This document shows, piece after piece, positions 26,150 to 34,943 of a stretch of DNA of 64,000 bases. A program made the position numbers and the translations under genes. Source of the DNA: an uncultured Candidatus Saccharibacteria bacterium (GTDB lineage Bacteria > Patescibacteriota > Minisyncoccia > Phycocordibacterales > CSBR16-119); contig CAZLAD010000001.1 in assembly GCA_964557535.1 (NCBI GenBank), forward strand, positions 58,482-122,481, in the 5' to 3' direction. The notes below the pieces were generated by a model. It saw only the letters and a list, made by a program, of their open reading frames with translations, made no database searches and was not told the DNA's origin. Every line of letters begins with the position of its first letter. Within the stretch, counting starts at the first letter, position 1.

Positions 26150-26272
26150 ATGAAAATAAAGGCGTCCATTAAAAGAAGCGGTTTGGTCCAGGGTGATCAA
26201 ATCGTCAAAAGGAGAGGAAAAATTTATAGGATAAACAAGAAAAACCCTCGTCGTAAAGCTAGACAGGGATAA
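26150..26272 (+). CDS. rpmJ: Ribosomal protein L36 (non-zinc form)
   Basis: A 40-aa [43 protein letters not shown], matching L36 and sitting in the canonical infA-rpmJ-rpsM position. The ORF track missed it because of its length. It lacks the C/C/C/H zinc ligands. Confidence 0.75.
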   Translation: MKIKASIKRSGLVQGDQIVKRRGKIYRINKKNPRRKARQG

Positions 26273-26280
26273 TTTTAAAT

Positions 26281-26661
26281 ATGCGAATTTCAGGTATAAC
26301 AATAAAAGACAATGTTCGACTAGAAATGGGATTAACTGCCCTTTTTGGGGTTGGACGATCTCGAGCAAGAAAAATTTTAGACGAATCTGGGGTTGAATAT
26401 GGTAAAAAATCAAAAGACCTCACTACCGAAGAAGAAAATACAATCCGAAAAGTCGTCGAACAATACAATATCGAAGGAAATCTTAAGCGCGAAATTTCTA
26501 GTAACATAAAGCGATTAAAAGACATCGGTTCTTATAGAGGTTCTCGACACGCAAAGAGACTTCCTGCTCGTGGTCAGCGAACCAAGACTAACTCTCGCAC
26601 TATTCGAGGAAACGTTAGAAAAACAATGGCATCTGGACGAGTAACCGCAACTAAGACATAA
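26281..26661 (+). CDS. rpsM: Ribosomal protein S13
   Basis: MRISGITIKDNVRLEMGLTALFGVGRSRARKIL... Confidence 0.93.
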   Translation: MRISGITIKDNVRLEMGLTALFGVGRSRARKILDESGVEYGKKSKDLTTEEENTIRKVVEQYNIEGNLKREISSNIKRLKDIGSYRGSRHAKRLPARGQRTKTNSRTIRGNVRKTMASGRVTATKT

Positions 26662-26664
26662 AAT

Positions 26665-27090
26665 ATGGGAAAGAAAAGAATTGTAAAATCTGGTGGATCG
26701 TCTGAGGCGAAATCAAAATCGTCTTCTAAAGGCACAAAAAAGAAAATCGCCGAAGGCGTATTGTTTGTCGAAGCAACATTTAACAATACCAAAGTGTCTC
26801 TTGCGGACAAAAAGGGAAACATTATTTTTTGGTCATCCTCGGGGTCTCTCGGTTTCAAGGGCGCCAAAAAGGGAACTCCGTTTGCTGCCGCCAAGGTCGG
26901 AGACTTGCTTGCTGAAAAAGCCGAGACAATTGGCCTCAAAGAAGTTGACGTGATTGTCAAAGGTGTCGGAACAGGCCGAGAATCAGCCATAAGATCTTTT
27001 ATGTCCCGAGGGGTTGAAATATTGTCAATCAAAGACAAAACTCCAATACCTTTTAATGGACCAAAACCTAAAAAACCTCGAAGAGTATAA
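26665..27090 (+). CDS. rpsK: Ribosomal protein S11
   Basis: GVLFVEATFNNTKVSLADKKGNIIFWSSSGSLGFKGAKKGTPFAA... Confidence 0.93.
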   Translation: MGKKRIVKSGGSSEAKSKSSSKGTKKKIAEGVLFVEATFNNTKVSLADKKGNIIFWSSSGSLGFKGAKKGTPFAAAKVGDLLAEKAETIGLKEVDVIVKGVGTGRESAIRSFMSRGVEILSIKDKTPIPFNGPKPKKPRRV

Positions 27091-27119
27091 AAATTATTAA
27101 CAAGAAGAATGATTGAGTT

Positions 27120-27728
27120 ATGAAAATAGGACCTAAATATAAAATCGCAAGACGTCTCGGATCACCTGTGTTTGATAAAACTCAAACACAGAAATTTACT
27201 CTTTCCGAAAGTCGTCGCGCTAAAAGCGGAAAAGGTAAAAAGAAAAAACAACTCTCAGAATACGGACAACAGTTGATTGAAAAACAAAAAATTCGTTACA
27301 CCTACGGGGTTTCTGAAAAACAATTTAAAAATTATGTAGAAGAAGCAATTTCCACAAAAGGAGCAAATGCCTCCGAACTTCTACAGCACCTCCTTGAAAT
27401 ACGCCTTGATAACGTTGTCTACCGCTTTGGTCTCGCTCCATCACGTCAGGCTTCACGACAAATGGTCTCCCATGGACATTTTTTGGTCAACGGTAAGCGT
27501 GTCACTGTTCCATCATATCGTCTGAAAGTCGGAGATGTTATCGGTGTTCGAGAAGGTTCAAAGAAAAGTGTCATGTTCGCAGATCTAAACACCAAACTCG
27601 ATAAATACATGTATCCAGCCTGGCTTTCTTTTGATCCAAGTGCGATGTCAGGGACACTTAAAAGCAATCCTACTCGCGAAGGCTCGTTGCTTGATTTTGG
27701 TCGCGTTCTTGAATTCTACAGTCGTTAA
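27120..27728 (+). CDS. rpsD: Ribosomal protein S4
   Basis: S4 N-terminus and S4 RNA-binding domain (LDNVVYRFGLAPSRQASRQMVSHGHFLVNGKRV). Confidence 0.93.
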   Translation: MKIGPKYKIARRLGSPVFDKTQTQKFTLSESRRAKSGKGKKKKQLSEYGQQLIEKQKIRYTYGVSEKQFKNYVEEAISTKGANASELLQHLLEIRLDNVVYRFGLAPSRQASRQMVSHGHFLVNGKRVTVPSYRLKVGDVIGVREGSKKSVMFADLNTKLDKYMYPAWLSFDPSAMSGTLKSNPTREGSLLDFGRVLEFYSR

Positions 27729-27759
27729 AATTTAATTATTTATTATTAATAAAAATTCT

Positions 27760-28746
27760 ATGGTTGAATCAAATATTATATTGCCATCGAAACCACGACT
27801 GGTTTTGGAAGAGGGGAACAAGGGGGTATACGAGATAGACAATCTCTATCCGGGTTATGGACATACTCTGGGTAATTCTTTGCGACGCATAATTTTGTCG
27901 TCTTTGACTGGCGCGGCTATTACGAGTTTGAAAATCGACGGTGTCGATCATGAATTTGCCGTCATGGATGGTGTCAAAGAAGATGTTTTAAATATTATCT
28001 TGAACCTAAAGAAAGTACGTTTTAAAGTAATTGGTGATGAACCACAAGTTGTAAACCTCAAATGGAAAGGCGTTGGTCAAGTTACCGCCAAAGATATCGA
28101 AGTTTCTGGACAAGTCGAGATTCTTTCGGGAGATCAATACATTTGCGAAGTCACGGACAAGAAAGCTGAATTAAATATTGAAATCTATGTTCAGAAAGGC
28201 TTGGGCTATGTTTCCAAAGAAGAAATTCAAAAAGAAAAGATGTCTATCGGTCATATTGCCGTTGACGCCATCTTTACACCAATCCGCCGAGTTTCTTATG
28301 AAGTCGAAAACATGCGCGTAGGTGATTCAACAAACTACAACAGACTTCGTATTTCAGTTGAAACAGACGGTACTTACACGCCTCGAGAAGCCGTCGAAAG
28401 ATCAATCGAAATTATGATTCTTCAGCTTCAGTCAATTCATGATTTCAAAGGACTTGATGAAAAGCCAGAAGCGATAATTGAAGCAGTTGAGAAAGAGATC
28501 AAAGATGTTCACAATGAAAAAGAGCTTGCCGAAGGCGAAGAAGAGAAAGAGGTCATGAAAACACGCATCGAAGACCTAAATCTTTCTACTCGCACATTGA
28601 ACGCCCTAACAAATGCGAAGATTAGGACAGTCGGTGGCATTGCCAGAAAGACAAGTGAGGATTTGCTCGCCGTCGAGGGTATGGGGGACAAGGGCTTACA
28701 AGAAATTAAGCGCACCTTGAGTAATTTTGGAATTCTGCTAAAGTAG
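27760..28746 (+). CDS. rpoA: DNA-directed RNA polymerase alpha subunit
   Basis: Alpha NTD plus CTD (LNLSTRTLNALTNAKIRTVGGIARKTSEDLLAVEGMGDKGLQEIK). Confidence 0.93.
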   Translation: MVESNIILPSKPRLVLEEGNKGVYEIDNLYPGYGHTLGNSLRRIILSSLTGAAITSLKIDGVDHEFAVMDGVKEDVLNIILNLKKVRFKVIGDEPQVVNLKWKGVGQVTAKDIEVSGQVEILSGDQYICEVTDKKAELNIEIYVQKGLGYVSKEEIQKEKMSIGHIAVDAIFTPIRRVSYEVENMRVGDSTNYNRLRISVETDGTYTPREAVERSIEIMILQLQSIHDFKGLDEKPEAIIEAVEKEIKDVHNEKELAEGEEEKEVMKTRIEDLNLSTRTLNALTNAKIRTVGGIARKTSEDLLAVEGMGDKGLQEIKRTLSNFGILLK

Positions 28747-28767
28747 AGCAATTGATAAAATCAAGCC

Positions 28768-29124
28768 ATGAGACATCATAACAAAAACCGAAAATTTGGA
28801 CGAAATAGAGCTCAGCGAGGAGCCCTTCTAAAGGGTTTGGCGGTTAACTTAATTCGTGCCGGACGTATCAAGACAACCGAAGCCAAGGCCAAGGAACTTC
28901 GTCCGTATATGGAGAAACTTGTTACTCGTGCAAACATCGGAACTCTCGCTTCCAAGAGAATTATAATTTCTCGTCTCATGAATCGTGCCAAAGAATCAAA
29001 AATGCTGATCGAGGAAATTGCCCCAAAGTTCAAAGGTGTCGCTGGTGGATATACTCGAGTGCTTAAATTACCACCACGAAAATCTGACGGAGCAAAGCTC
29101 GCCTTAATCGAATTTGTTAAATAA
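28768..29124 (+). CDS. rplQ: Ribosomal protein L17
   Basis: MRHHNKNRKFGRNRAQRGALLKGLAVNLI... Confidence 0.92.
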   Translation: MRHHNKNRKFGRNRAQRGALLKGLAVNLIRAGRIKTTEAKAKELRPYMEKLVTRANIGTLASKRIIISRLMNRAKESKMLIEEIAPKFKGVAGGYTRVLKLPPRKSDGAKLALIEFVK

Positions 29125-29125
29125 T

Positions 29126-29470
29126 ATGGAATACAAGATAGACGCAAAAGGCAAAAAACTAGGACGAGTCGCAGCAGAAGCGGCGTCAATTTTGATGGGC
29201 AAAAATGATCCTAGTTTTGAAAGAAATAAAGTTTCTGACAATAAAGTCGTTATTGAAAATGCTTCACAGGCTGACATTTCAATCAATAAGCTTGAAACCA
29301 AAGAATACGATAGCTACTCTGGTCACCCAGGAGGTCTGAAATACGAGAAAATGAAAAGAACGATTGAGAAGAAGGGTTATGCCGAGGTGTTTCGATTGGC
29401 CGTTGTTGGTATGTTGCCAGCCAACCGCATTGCGGCGGAAATGATGAAGAATCTAACTGTCAAAGAATAA
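29126..29470 (+). CDS. rplM: Ribosomal protein L13 (short form), fused to the alpha operon
   Basis: KLGRVAAEAASILMGK...GHPGGLKYE L13 signature. Starts 2 nt after the rplQ stop. Confidence 0.85.
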   Translation: MEYKIDAKGKKLGRVAAEAASILMGKNDPSFERNKVSDNKVVIENASQADISINKLETKEYDSYSGHPGGLKYEKMKRTIEKKGYAEVFRLAVVGMLPANRIAAEMMKNLTVKE

Positions 29471-29476
29471 ATTTAT

Positions 29477-29887
29477 ATGACAACAACAAACAAAGACAAA
29501 TATTTTGAAGCCGTTGGACGCAGAAAAACTGCAACCGCTCGTGTGCGCCTAACTCCGGCTTCCAAGACTTCTGTTGTGGTTAACGACAAGACTTTGGTCC
29601 AATACTTCCCAGTCGTCGACATGCAGATGGTCGTGAGTGAGCCTTTCGAAAACAGTAATCTCGAAAAGAAATTTTCCGTTACGGCAAAAGTTTCTGGTGG
29701 CGGGATGAATGCTCAAGCCGAAGCTGTTCGACACGGAATCACTCGATGTCTAGTCGAATTTGACGAAACACTTCGAACATCTTTGAAAAAATCAGGATTC
29801 CTTAAACGTGATCCTAGGTCACGTGAACGACGAAAAGCGGGCTTGGCTCAAGCCGCTCGAAAGAGAAAACAATGGAGTAAACGCTAA
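29477..29887 (+). CDS. rpsI: Ribosomal protein S9
   Basis: GRRKTATARVRL...C-terminal KRDPRSRERRKAGLAQAARKRKQWSKR. Confidence 0.92.
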   Translation: MTTTNKDKYFEAVGRRKTATARVRLTPASKTSVVVNDKTLVQYFPVVDMQMVVSEPFENSNLEKKFSVTAKVSGGGMNAQAEAVRHGITRCLVEFDETLRTSLKKSGFLKRDPRSRERRKAGLAQAARKRKQWSKR

Positions 29888-29893
29888 GAAAAA

Positions 29894-29922
29894 GCCCCGC
29901 GTCAAACGTGGGGCTTTTTCTT
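29894..29922 (+). terminator. Rho-independent terminator after rpsI
   Basis: Stem GCCCCGCG/CGTGGGGC (one G-U wobble) with loop TCAAA, followed by TTTTTCTTATC. Confidence 0.8.
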
Positions 29923-30180
29923 ATCTGTGAAAAGTTATACACAGAAATATCAATTTATTGCTTTAAATATTTCAAGGAGAGTTATAATAAACGCAAGTAT
30001 AAGTTCTGTCTCCCTTGCGAAATAACCAAGGTCAAAAGACCTTATTAACATAATGGCAGTTCCGAGGAGGTTCTGTCAGAGTAGGTGGAAGAGGGTTCTT
30101 GGTAAGCTAGGTGGCCAGAGAGGGCCAAAGGGGGACAAAGGGCGTCCAGTTCTGGCGCCCTTTGTTCTACCTGGGATGCA

Positions 30181-30209
30181 TTGACAAATAACAGATAATA
30201 TGCTATTTT
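30181..30209 (+). promoter_or_regulatory. Promoter, copy 1 of the TTGACAAATAA-N5-AATATGCTA module
   Basis: TTGACA at 30181-86, a 17-nt spacer, and an extended -10 TGcTATTTT. A near-identical 25-nt motif occurs at 43084-43112. Confidence 0.55.
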
Positions 30210-30269
30210 ATATTTGAGTAACTACGTACAAACCGCCGATGGTAAAACATTGGCTTCAAACTTAAAAAC

Positions 30270-30722
30270 ATGGACACCTTCACCATTGACTACGGAGTTA
30301 ATATTGTGGATATGTTGAAGATCCACAATATTAAGGTAAATACAAGTATCAAGACGAACAGCTTCGAGATGCTCCATGAAGGAAAAGGGATACAGGATAT
30401 CCAGTATGAAGTCTTCAAAGCAACGCGGAGCCACCGAAGTCATTGGGCTGGCTATGTGGGTATTCGTACTCATGAAGTTCGTGAGGAAATGGCAGAAAAG
30501 GGTTTCCGGAATGCTACGCTCCAAGAACTGATAGCTTATGGCGTCTCCGAGAAATGCCCACCAACCAACTCGGGCATAAGAATTCTTGATTGGGCTCTAG
30601 AAGGCCTTCCAGGATACATCCCTCGTTTTGATAAAGGTAAGTACAGTACCTGGCTCACTGTTGATAAAAACGAATGGTCGTGGCACGGCCAAGAAAAGTT
30701 CCTCGGCATTCGTACACAGTAA
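30270..30722 (+). CDS. Hypothetical protein (150 aa)
   Basis: Coherent ORF with its own promoter (30181) and terminator (30739-30768). No motifs. Moderately GC-elevated. Confidence 0.45.
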   Translation: MDTFTIDYGVNIVDMLKIHNIKVNTSIKTNSFEMLHEGKGIQDIQYEVFKATRSHRSHWAGYVGIRTHEVREEMAEKGFRNATLQELIAYGVSEKCPPTNSGIRILDWALEGLPGYIPRFDKGKYSTWLTVDKNEWSWHGQEKFLGIRTQ

Positions 30723-30738
30723 GCTACAAAGTGCAGCA

Positions 30739-30768
30739 GGCCCCGCAAGTCGGGGCCTTTTGCTTTTA
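30739..30768. terminator. Bidirectional intrinsic terminator
   Basis: Stem GGCCCCG/CGGGGCC with loop CAAGT, then TTTTGCTTTT. It sits between convergent genes. Confidence 0.75.
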
Positions 30769-30773
30769 ATTTA

Positions 30774-31298
30774 TTACATCCCAAAAGTTTCTCTGAGAGA
30801 CTTTTCGGTCACGGGGTCGATGTGTTGCGTGACGATGATCATGATTTCGTCAGCGAGATTCATGTCAGTTTTTATATTCATAAACAAATGTTCAAAAGGG
30901 TAGGGCGAGATCCACACAGAATTTTTCATACACAAAAATCCAGCTTTTTTGAGGATGTAGCGGATCGAGTCGCGCTCGCTTTTTCTCGATTCGGGGAAGT
31001 CCAGCATAACCATGCGCCAGTAGCCATCCCAGCGTGTATCGACGAGGCTGGTCGGAGTGCTAAGTTTGATATTTCGGAGTTTGTTTCGTCCCTCAGCTGT
31101 TAGACGTAGAAAAGACGACCGGTCGGTTGGGATTTCCTCTATAAGCCCGGATTCGGCCATGTTTTTGAGGCTTCGAGTTATGGCATATTTCTCGGCCGAA
31201 TCGCTTTCTAGGGCGAAAATTTCGCGGTTTATGGCCTTCTTGGAGCCCAATTTCTCGAGAATTTGCTTTTGGAGATTGGATTTTCTTGACATGCCCAA
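30774..31298 (-). CDS. PaaX-family winged-helix regulator-like protein (paralog 1), divergent from grpE
   Basis: C-terminal WDGYWRMVMLDFPESRKSERDSIRYILKKAGFLCMKNSVWISPYPFE matches the PaaX_C-type signature W..W..v.fD.pe....R..lr..L...GF..lq.SvW..P. It is paralogous to 35886..36455. Confidence 0.6.
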   Translation of the reverse strand: MGMSRKSNLQKQILEKLGSKKAINREIFALESDSAEKYAITRSLKNMAESGLIEEIPTDRSSFLRLTAEGRNKLRNIKLSTPTSLVDTRWDGYWRMVMLDFPESRKSERDSIRYILKKAGFLCMKNSVWISPYPFEHLFMNIKTDMNLADEIMIIVTQHIDPVTEKSLRETFGM

Positions 31299-31349
31299 AA
31301 TGTAGCATATAATACTTTAACTAGCAAGTTTTCCACGGTCGTGAAAAAC

Positions 31350-31377
31350 TTGTCAAAATTATAAAATTGATTATAAT
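31350..31377 (+). promoter_or_regulatory. grpE-dnaK operon promoter (TTGTCA-16-TATAAT), 6 nt from the ATG; leaderless
   Basis: TTGTCA at 31350-55 and TATAAT at 31372-77, with ATG at 31384. It is preceded by the palindromic motif CACGGTCGTG (31339-31348), which also occurs in element E7. Confidence 0.65.
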
Positions 31378-31383
31378 TGGCCC

Positions 31384-31926
31384 ATGAATGATGAATTAGA
31401 TAATGAAATAGAATTTACTGACGAGGACGGAGAATCGAGCCAAGCTGACAAGATCAAAAAGCTTCGGTCCGAACTCAAGGAGTCCAAAGACCAGTCGCAA
31501 AAGAATCTAGATGGCTGGCAACGCGCTCTCGCGGACTATGCGAACCTCCAGAAGACTTCGAACGAGCAGATGAAGGAACTCAAAAGTTATGTGCTCGAGG
31601 GTTTTGTCGAAGAACTTCTGCCTACGCTCGATGCGTTTGAGATGGCGATGAAGAACAAGGAGACGTGGGAATCAGTTTCAGAGAATTGGCGCAAGGGAAT
31701 CGAATACATTTACGAGCAACTTCGCGCGATTCTCACGAACAATGGAGTGACCGAAATTGGCGATACGAAAGAAAAGTTTAATCCAGAACACCATCACGCG
31801 ATCGAAGAAATTGAAACGAGCGATGCTTCTAAAGATCACACCATTTCCGAAGTTGTTCAGAAAGGTTACAAGTCGGCGAAGGGTGTCATCAGGCCAGCGA
31901 AAGTGAAAATATTTATTAAAAAATAA
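31384..31926 (+). CDS. grpE: Nucleotide exchange factor GrpE
   Basis: Acidic N-terminus, coiled coil, GrpE core (YANLQKTS...LPTLDAFEMA...FNPEHHHAI). Confidence 0.9.
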   Translation: MNDELDNEIEFTDEDGESSQADKIKKLRSELKESKDQSQKNLDGWQRALADYANLQKTSNEQMKELKSYVLEGFVEELLPTLDAFEMAMKNKETWESVSENWRKGIEYIYEQLRAILTNNGVTEIGDTKEKFNPEHHHAIEEIETSDASKDHTISEVVQKGYKSAKGVIRPAKVKIFIKK

Positions 31927-31948
31927 TTATTAGCATAATTCAAAAAAT

Positions 31949-33835
31949 ATGAGCAAAATTATTGGAATCGATTTAGGAACTACAAACAGTGCTGTCGCCA
32001 TCATTGAGGGTGGTCAGCCGAAAATTATTGAGAATGCGGAGGGGATGAGAACGACGCCCTCGATTGTTGCTTTGGCCAAAAACGGCGACACGATGGTGGG
32101 TGTAACAGCCAAGCGCCAATCAATCACAAATCCGAAAAACACGATCTACCAAATCAAACGCTTTATCGGCCACAATTTCGACGAACCAGAAGTCCAGAAG
32201 GATATAAAAGCCGTGCCTTTTGAAACGCGAAAATCTGCAAATGGCGGTATCGAAGTAAAATTCGGTGAAGACTGGAAACGTCCAGAAGAAATCTCGGCGA
32301 TGATTCTCCAGAAAATCAAAGCCGACGTTGAAGCGAAAATCGGCCAGAAAGTTACCGAAGCTGTCATCACTGTTCCGGCATATTTCAACGACGCACAACG
32401 CCAAGCGACAAAAGATGCCGGTAAAATTGCCGGACTCGACGTCAAACGCATCATCAACGAACCGACTGCGGCGGCCCTCGCGTACGGATTTAACAAGAAA
32501 AAAGATGAAAAGGTAGTCGTCTTTGACTTTGGAGGTGGAACATATGACGTATCTATTCTTGAAGTATCCGAAGACACGATCGAGGTCAAGTCTACCGACG
32601 GCGACGCGCACTTGGGCGGCAAGGATATCGATCAGAAAATCATGGACTGGCTAGCTGAAGGATTCCAAAAGGAAAATGGTATTGATTTGCGTAAAGATCC
32701 ATTGGCTAAACAGCGTCTCGACGATGCCGCGGAGAAAGCGAAAATCGAACTCTCAACTGCTGTGCAGTCAGAAATCAACATTCCATTTATCACATCTGGT
32801 GAAGCCGGACCACTTCACCTCGTTCGCACTATGAAGCGTGCCGAGCTCGAAGAACTAACACGTGAATTTATTGATCGTGCGATGATGATCACCAAGCGTG
32901 CGATGGAAGCTTCGCCGTTCAAAATTTCTGATATCAACGAAGTTATTCTCGTCGGCGGTCAGACTCGCATGCCGGCTATTCAGGAAGCTGTCGAAAAATT
33001 CTTTGGCAAAAAGGTAAACCTATCTGTTAACCCAGACGAAGTTGTAGCACTCGGCGCAGCGATTCAGGGCGGAGTTTTGCAGGGTGATGTCAAAGACGTT
33101 CTCTTGCTCGACGTGATCCCGCTCTCACTCGGTATAGAGACTTTGGGAGGTGTTGCGACAAAACTCATCGAGAAAAATACGACAATTCCCGCAAGCAAGT
33201 CACAAGTGTTCTCAACCGCAGCTGACAATCAGACTTCAACAGAGATTCACATCGTTCAGGGCGAGCGACCAATGGCAACGGACAACAAATCTCTCGGACG
33301 ATTCGTCCTCGAAGGAATTCCGCCGGCGCCACGAGGCGTACCGCAAATTGAAGTTACGTTTGATATCGACGCGAACGGAATCTTGAATGTTAAGGCGAAA
33401 GACAAAACTTCCGGCAAAGAACAGTCTATCCGTATCGAAGCCTCGTCCGGTCTCTCTGATGCTGAAATTGAGAAGATGAAGAAAGATGCCGAGCTCAATG
33501 CCGAAGCAGACAAGAAAAAGAAAGAACTTGTTGATATAAAAAATAATGCCGAGATGACGATATTCACTGCAGAAAAAGCAATGAAAGACGCCGAAGGCAA
33601 AATTGGCGATGATGTGAAGAAGTCTGTTGAAGAAAAAGTTGCTAAACTAAAGGAGGTCAAAGAGTTGCCAGATCACCATACCGATGACGGTGGACGCCTA
33701 AAGTCTGCGACAGATGAGCTTATGACCGAAATGCAGAAAATCGGCGAGGCGATGAGTAAGGCGCAGGCCGCTGAACCAAAAGCCGAAGAAACAAAAAAGG
33801 ATGACAATATTCAAGACGCTGAGGTTCAAAACTAA
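31949..33835 (+). CDS. dnaK: Chaperone DnaK (Hsp70)
   Basis: [25 protein letters not shown] and [11 protein letters not shown] motifs. Full length. Confidence 0.97.
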   Translation: MSKIIGIDLGTTNSAVAIIEGGQPKIIENAEGMRTTPSIVALAKNGDTMVGVTAKRQSITNPKNTIYQIKRFIGHNFDEPEVQKDIKAVPFETRKSANGGIEVKFGEDWKRPEEISAMILQKIKADVEAKIGQKVTEAVITVPAYFNDAQRQATKDAGKIAGLDVKRIINEPTAAALAYGFNKKKDEKVVVFDFGGGTYDVSILEVSEDTIEVKSTDGDAHLGGKDIDQKIMDWLAEGFQKENGIDLRKDPLAKQRLDDAAEKAKIELSTAVQSEINIPFITSGEAGPLHLVRTMKRAELEELTREFIDRAMMITKRAMEASPFKISDINEVILVGGQTRMPAIQEAVEKFFGKKVNLSVNPDEVVALGAAIQGGVLQGDVKDVLLLDVIPLSLGIETLGGVATKLIEKNTTIPASKSQVFSTAADNQTSTEIHIVQGERPMATDNKSLGRFVLEGIPPAPRGVPQIEVTFDIDANGILNVKAKDKTSGKEQSIRIEASSGLSDAEIEKMKKDAELNAEADKKKKELVDIKNNAEMTIFTAEKAMKDAEGKIGDDVKKSVEEKVAKLKEVKELPDHHTDDGGRLKSATDELMTEMQKIGEAMSKAQAAEPKAEETKKDDNIQDAEVQN

Positions 33836-33837
33836 TT

Positions 33838-34488
33838 ATGAGTCTTGTTAGTGATGTAAAAGATAATATTGTAGACTTTGTGAAAGAAAGAGGGTCAAGT
33901 CCCTTTTGGGTGCCGTATGTTATTGCATGGGCATTTCTTCACTGGAAAGCAGTCTATGTAACAATTTTTGTTGGTTCGGATAGTTTGGAAGGTATAACTA
34001 AGTTGGATTATGTGATAAAAAATTTACCTCGAATGGAGTGGTGGTGGACGACACTTGTTGCGCTTGGGATTACTTACTTTTACTACATATTCATACGTTT
34101 TATTGTTAATCCAACATACTGGCTTAAATATTGGGCAATAAAACATAGGTTTAAGATAAAAGAGGAAGCTGACAGAGAAATAATCGAGGAAAAAATAAAA
34201 ACAGAACAAGCTCAGGATAGTTTAGACAACCAGTGGATTCAAGATTATGAGGAATTCACCATAAGTGCTGAGAATAGAGTAAAACTAGATTCGCTAATAA
34301 ATCTTATCTACAGCGATTCGGCTGGAAATTTACAGCACTCAGGTAACTATAATCTCAATAGATCTGATGTTGCCTTTTTTGATGCTTTAAAAATAGTTCA
34401 CATCGAGGAAGATAAATACGGTAATAAAAGAGCTTCTTTAACCGACAAGGGTAAATATTTCTATAGTCTGTCGAAAAAAAATAAATAA
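33838..34488 (+). CDS. Hypothetical two-TM membrane protein embedded in the dnaK operon
   Basis: Starts 3 nt after the dnaK stop. Two hydrophobic helices, an Arg/Glu-rich cytoplasmic segment, and about 35% GC, which is lower than dnaK (about 46%). Confidence 0.55.
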   Translation: MSLVSDVKDNIVDFVKERGSSPFWVPYVIAWAFLHWKAVYVTIFVGSDSLEGITKLDYVIKNLPRMEWWWTTLVALGITYFYYIFIRFIVNPTYWLKYWAIKHRFKIKEEADREIIEEKIKTEQAQDSLDNQWIQDYEEFTISAENRVKLDSLINLIYSDSAGNLQHSGNYNLNRSDVAFFDALKIVHIEEDKYGNKRASLTDKGKYFYSLSKKNK

Positions 34489-34489
34489 A

Positions 34490-34942
34490 ATGTCAAAAGA
34501 TCACAGAGATAAAATTATTGAGATGACTTCTGGGTTAGATGTTAAACATTCAGTTCATGAACCAGTCGGAAAGAGTAAGGAAGCTTCAGAGCTTCGTGGT
34601 GTTCCACTTTCTTCGGGAGCGAAAGCTATCCTTATCCAAGGCAAGAAAACAGACAAAAGATATTTGTTTGTCGTACCGGCCCATAAAAGATTAGACTCAA
34701 AAAGTGTCCAAAATACGATCGGAGAAAAGTTTTCGTTTGTCTCGGATGTTGAAAAGGAGTTTGATTGCGTTCCGGGATCAGTATCGCCGTTTGGTAGTGT
34801 CTTGGGTCTTCAAACGTATGCCGATGAGGGACTTGAAGATGTGCTAAACTTTAACATCGGTCTTCTGACAGAATCTCTACAAATGAAGAAAGAAGATTAT
34901 TTGAAATTAGAAAACCCGATTCTTGGAAATTTCACTGAATAA
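34490..34942 (+). CDS. YbaK/ProX-family aminoacyl-tRNA trans-editing deacylase-like protein
   Basis: [11 protein letters not shown]...[16 protein letters not shown]...[22 protein letters not shown] fits the YbaK/EbsC fold signature. Translationally coupled between the membrane-protein ORF and dnaJ. Confidence 0.6.
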   Translation: MSKDHRDKIIEMTSGLDVKHSVHEPVGKSKEASELRGVPLSSGAKAILIQGKKTDKRYLFVVPAHKRLDSKSVQNTIGEKFSFVSDVEKEFDCVPGSVSPFGSVLGLQTYADEGLEDVLNFNIGLLTESLQMKKEDYLKLENPILGNFTE

Positions 34943-34943
34943 A

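Noticed and set aside
32120-33660. Several ORFs of 60-160 aa antisense or out of frame within dnaK (for example 32120..32611, 32146..32622, 33256..33660)
   Set aside because: They are fully embedded in the well-supported dnaK CDS. They are low-complexity frames with no signals.
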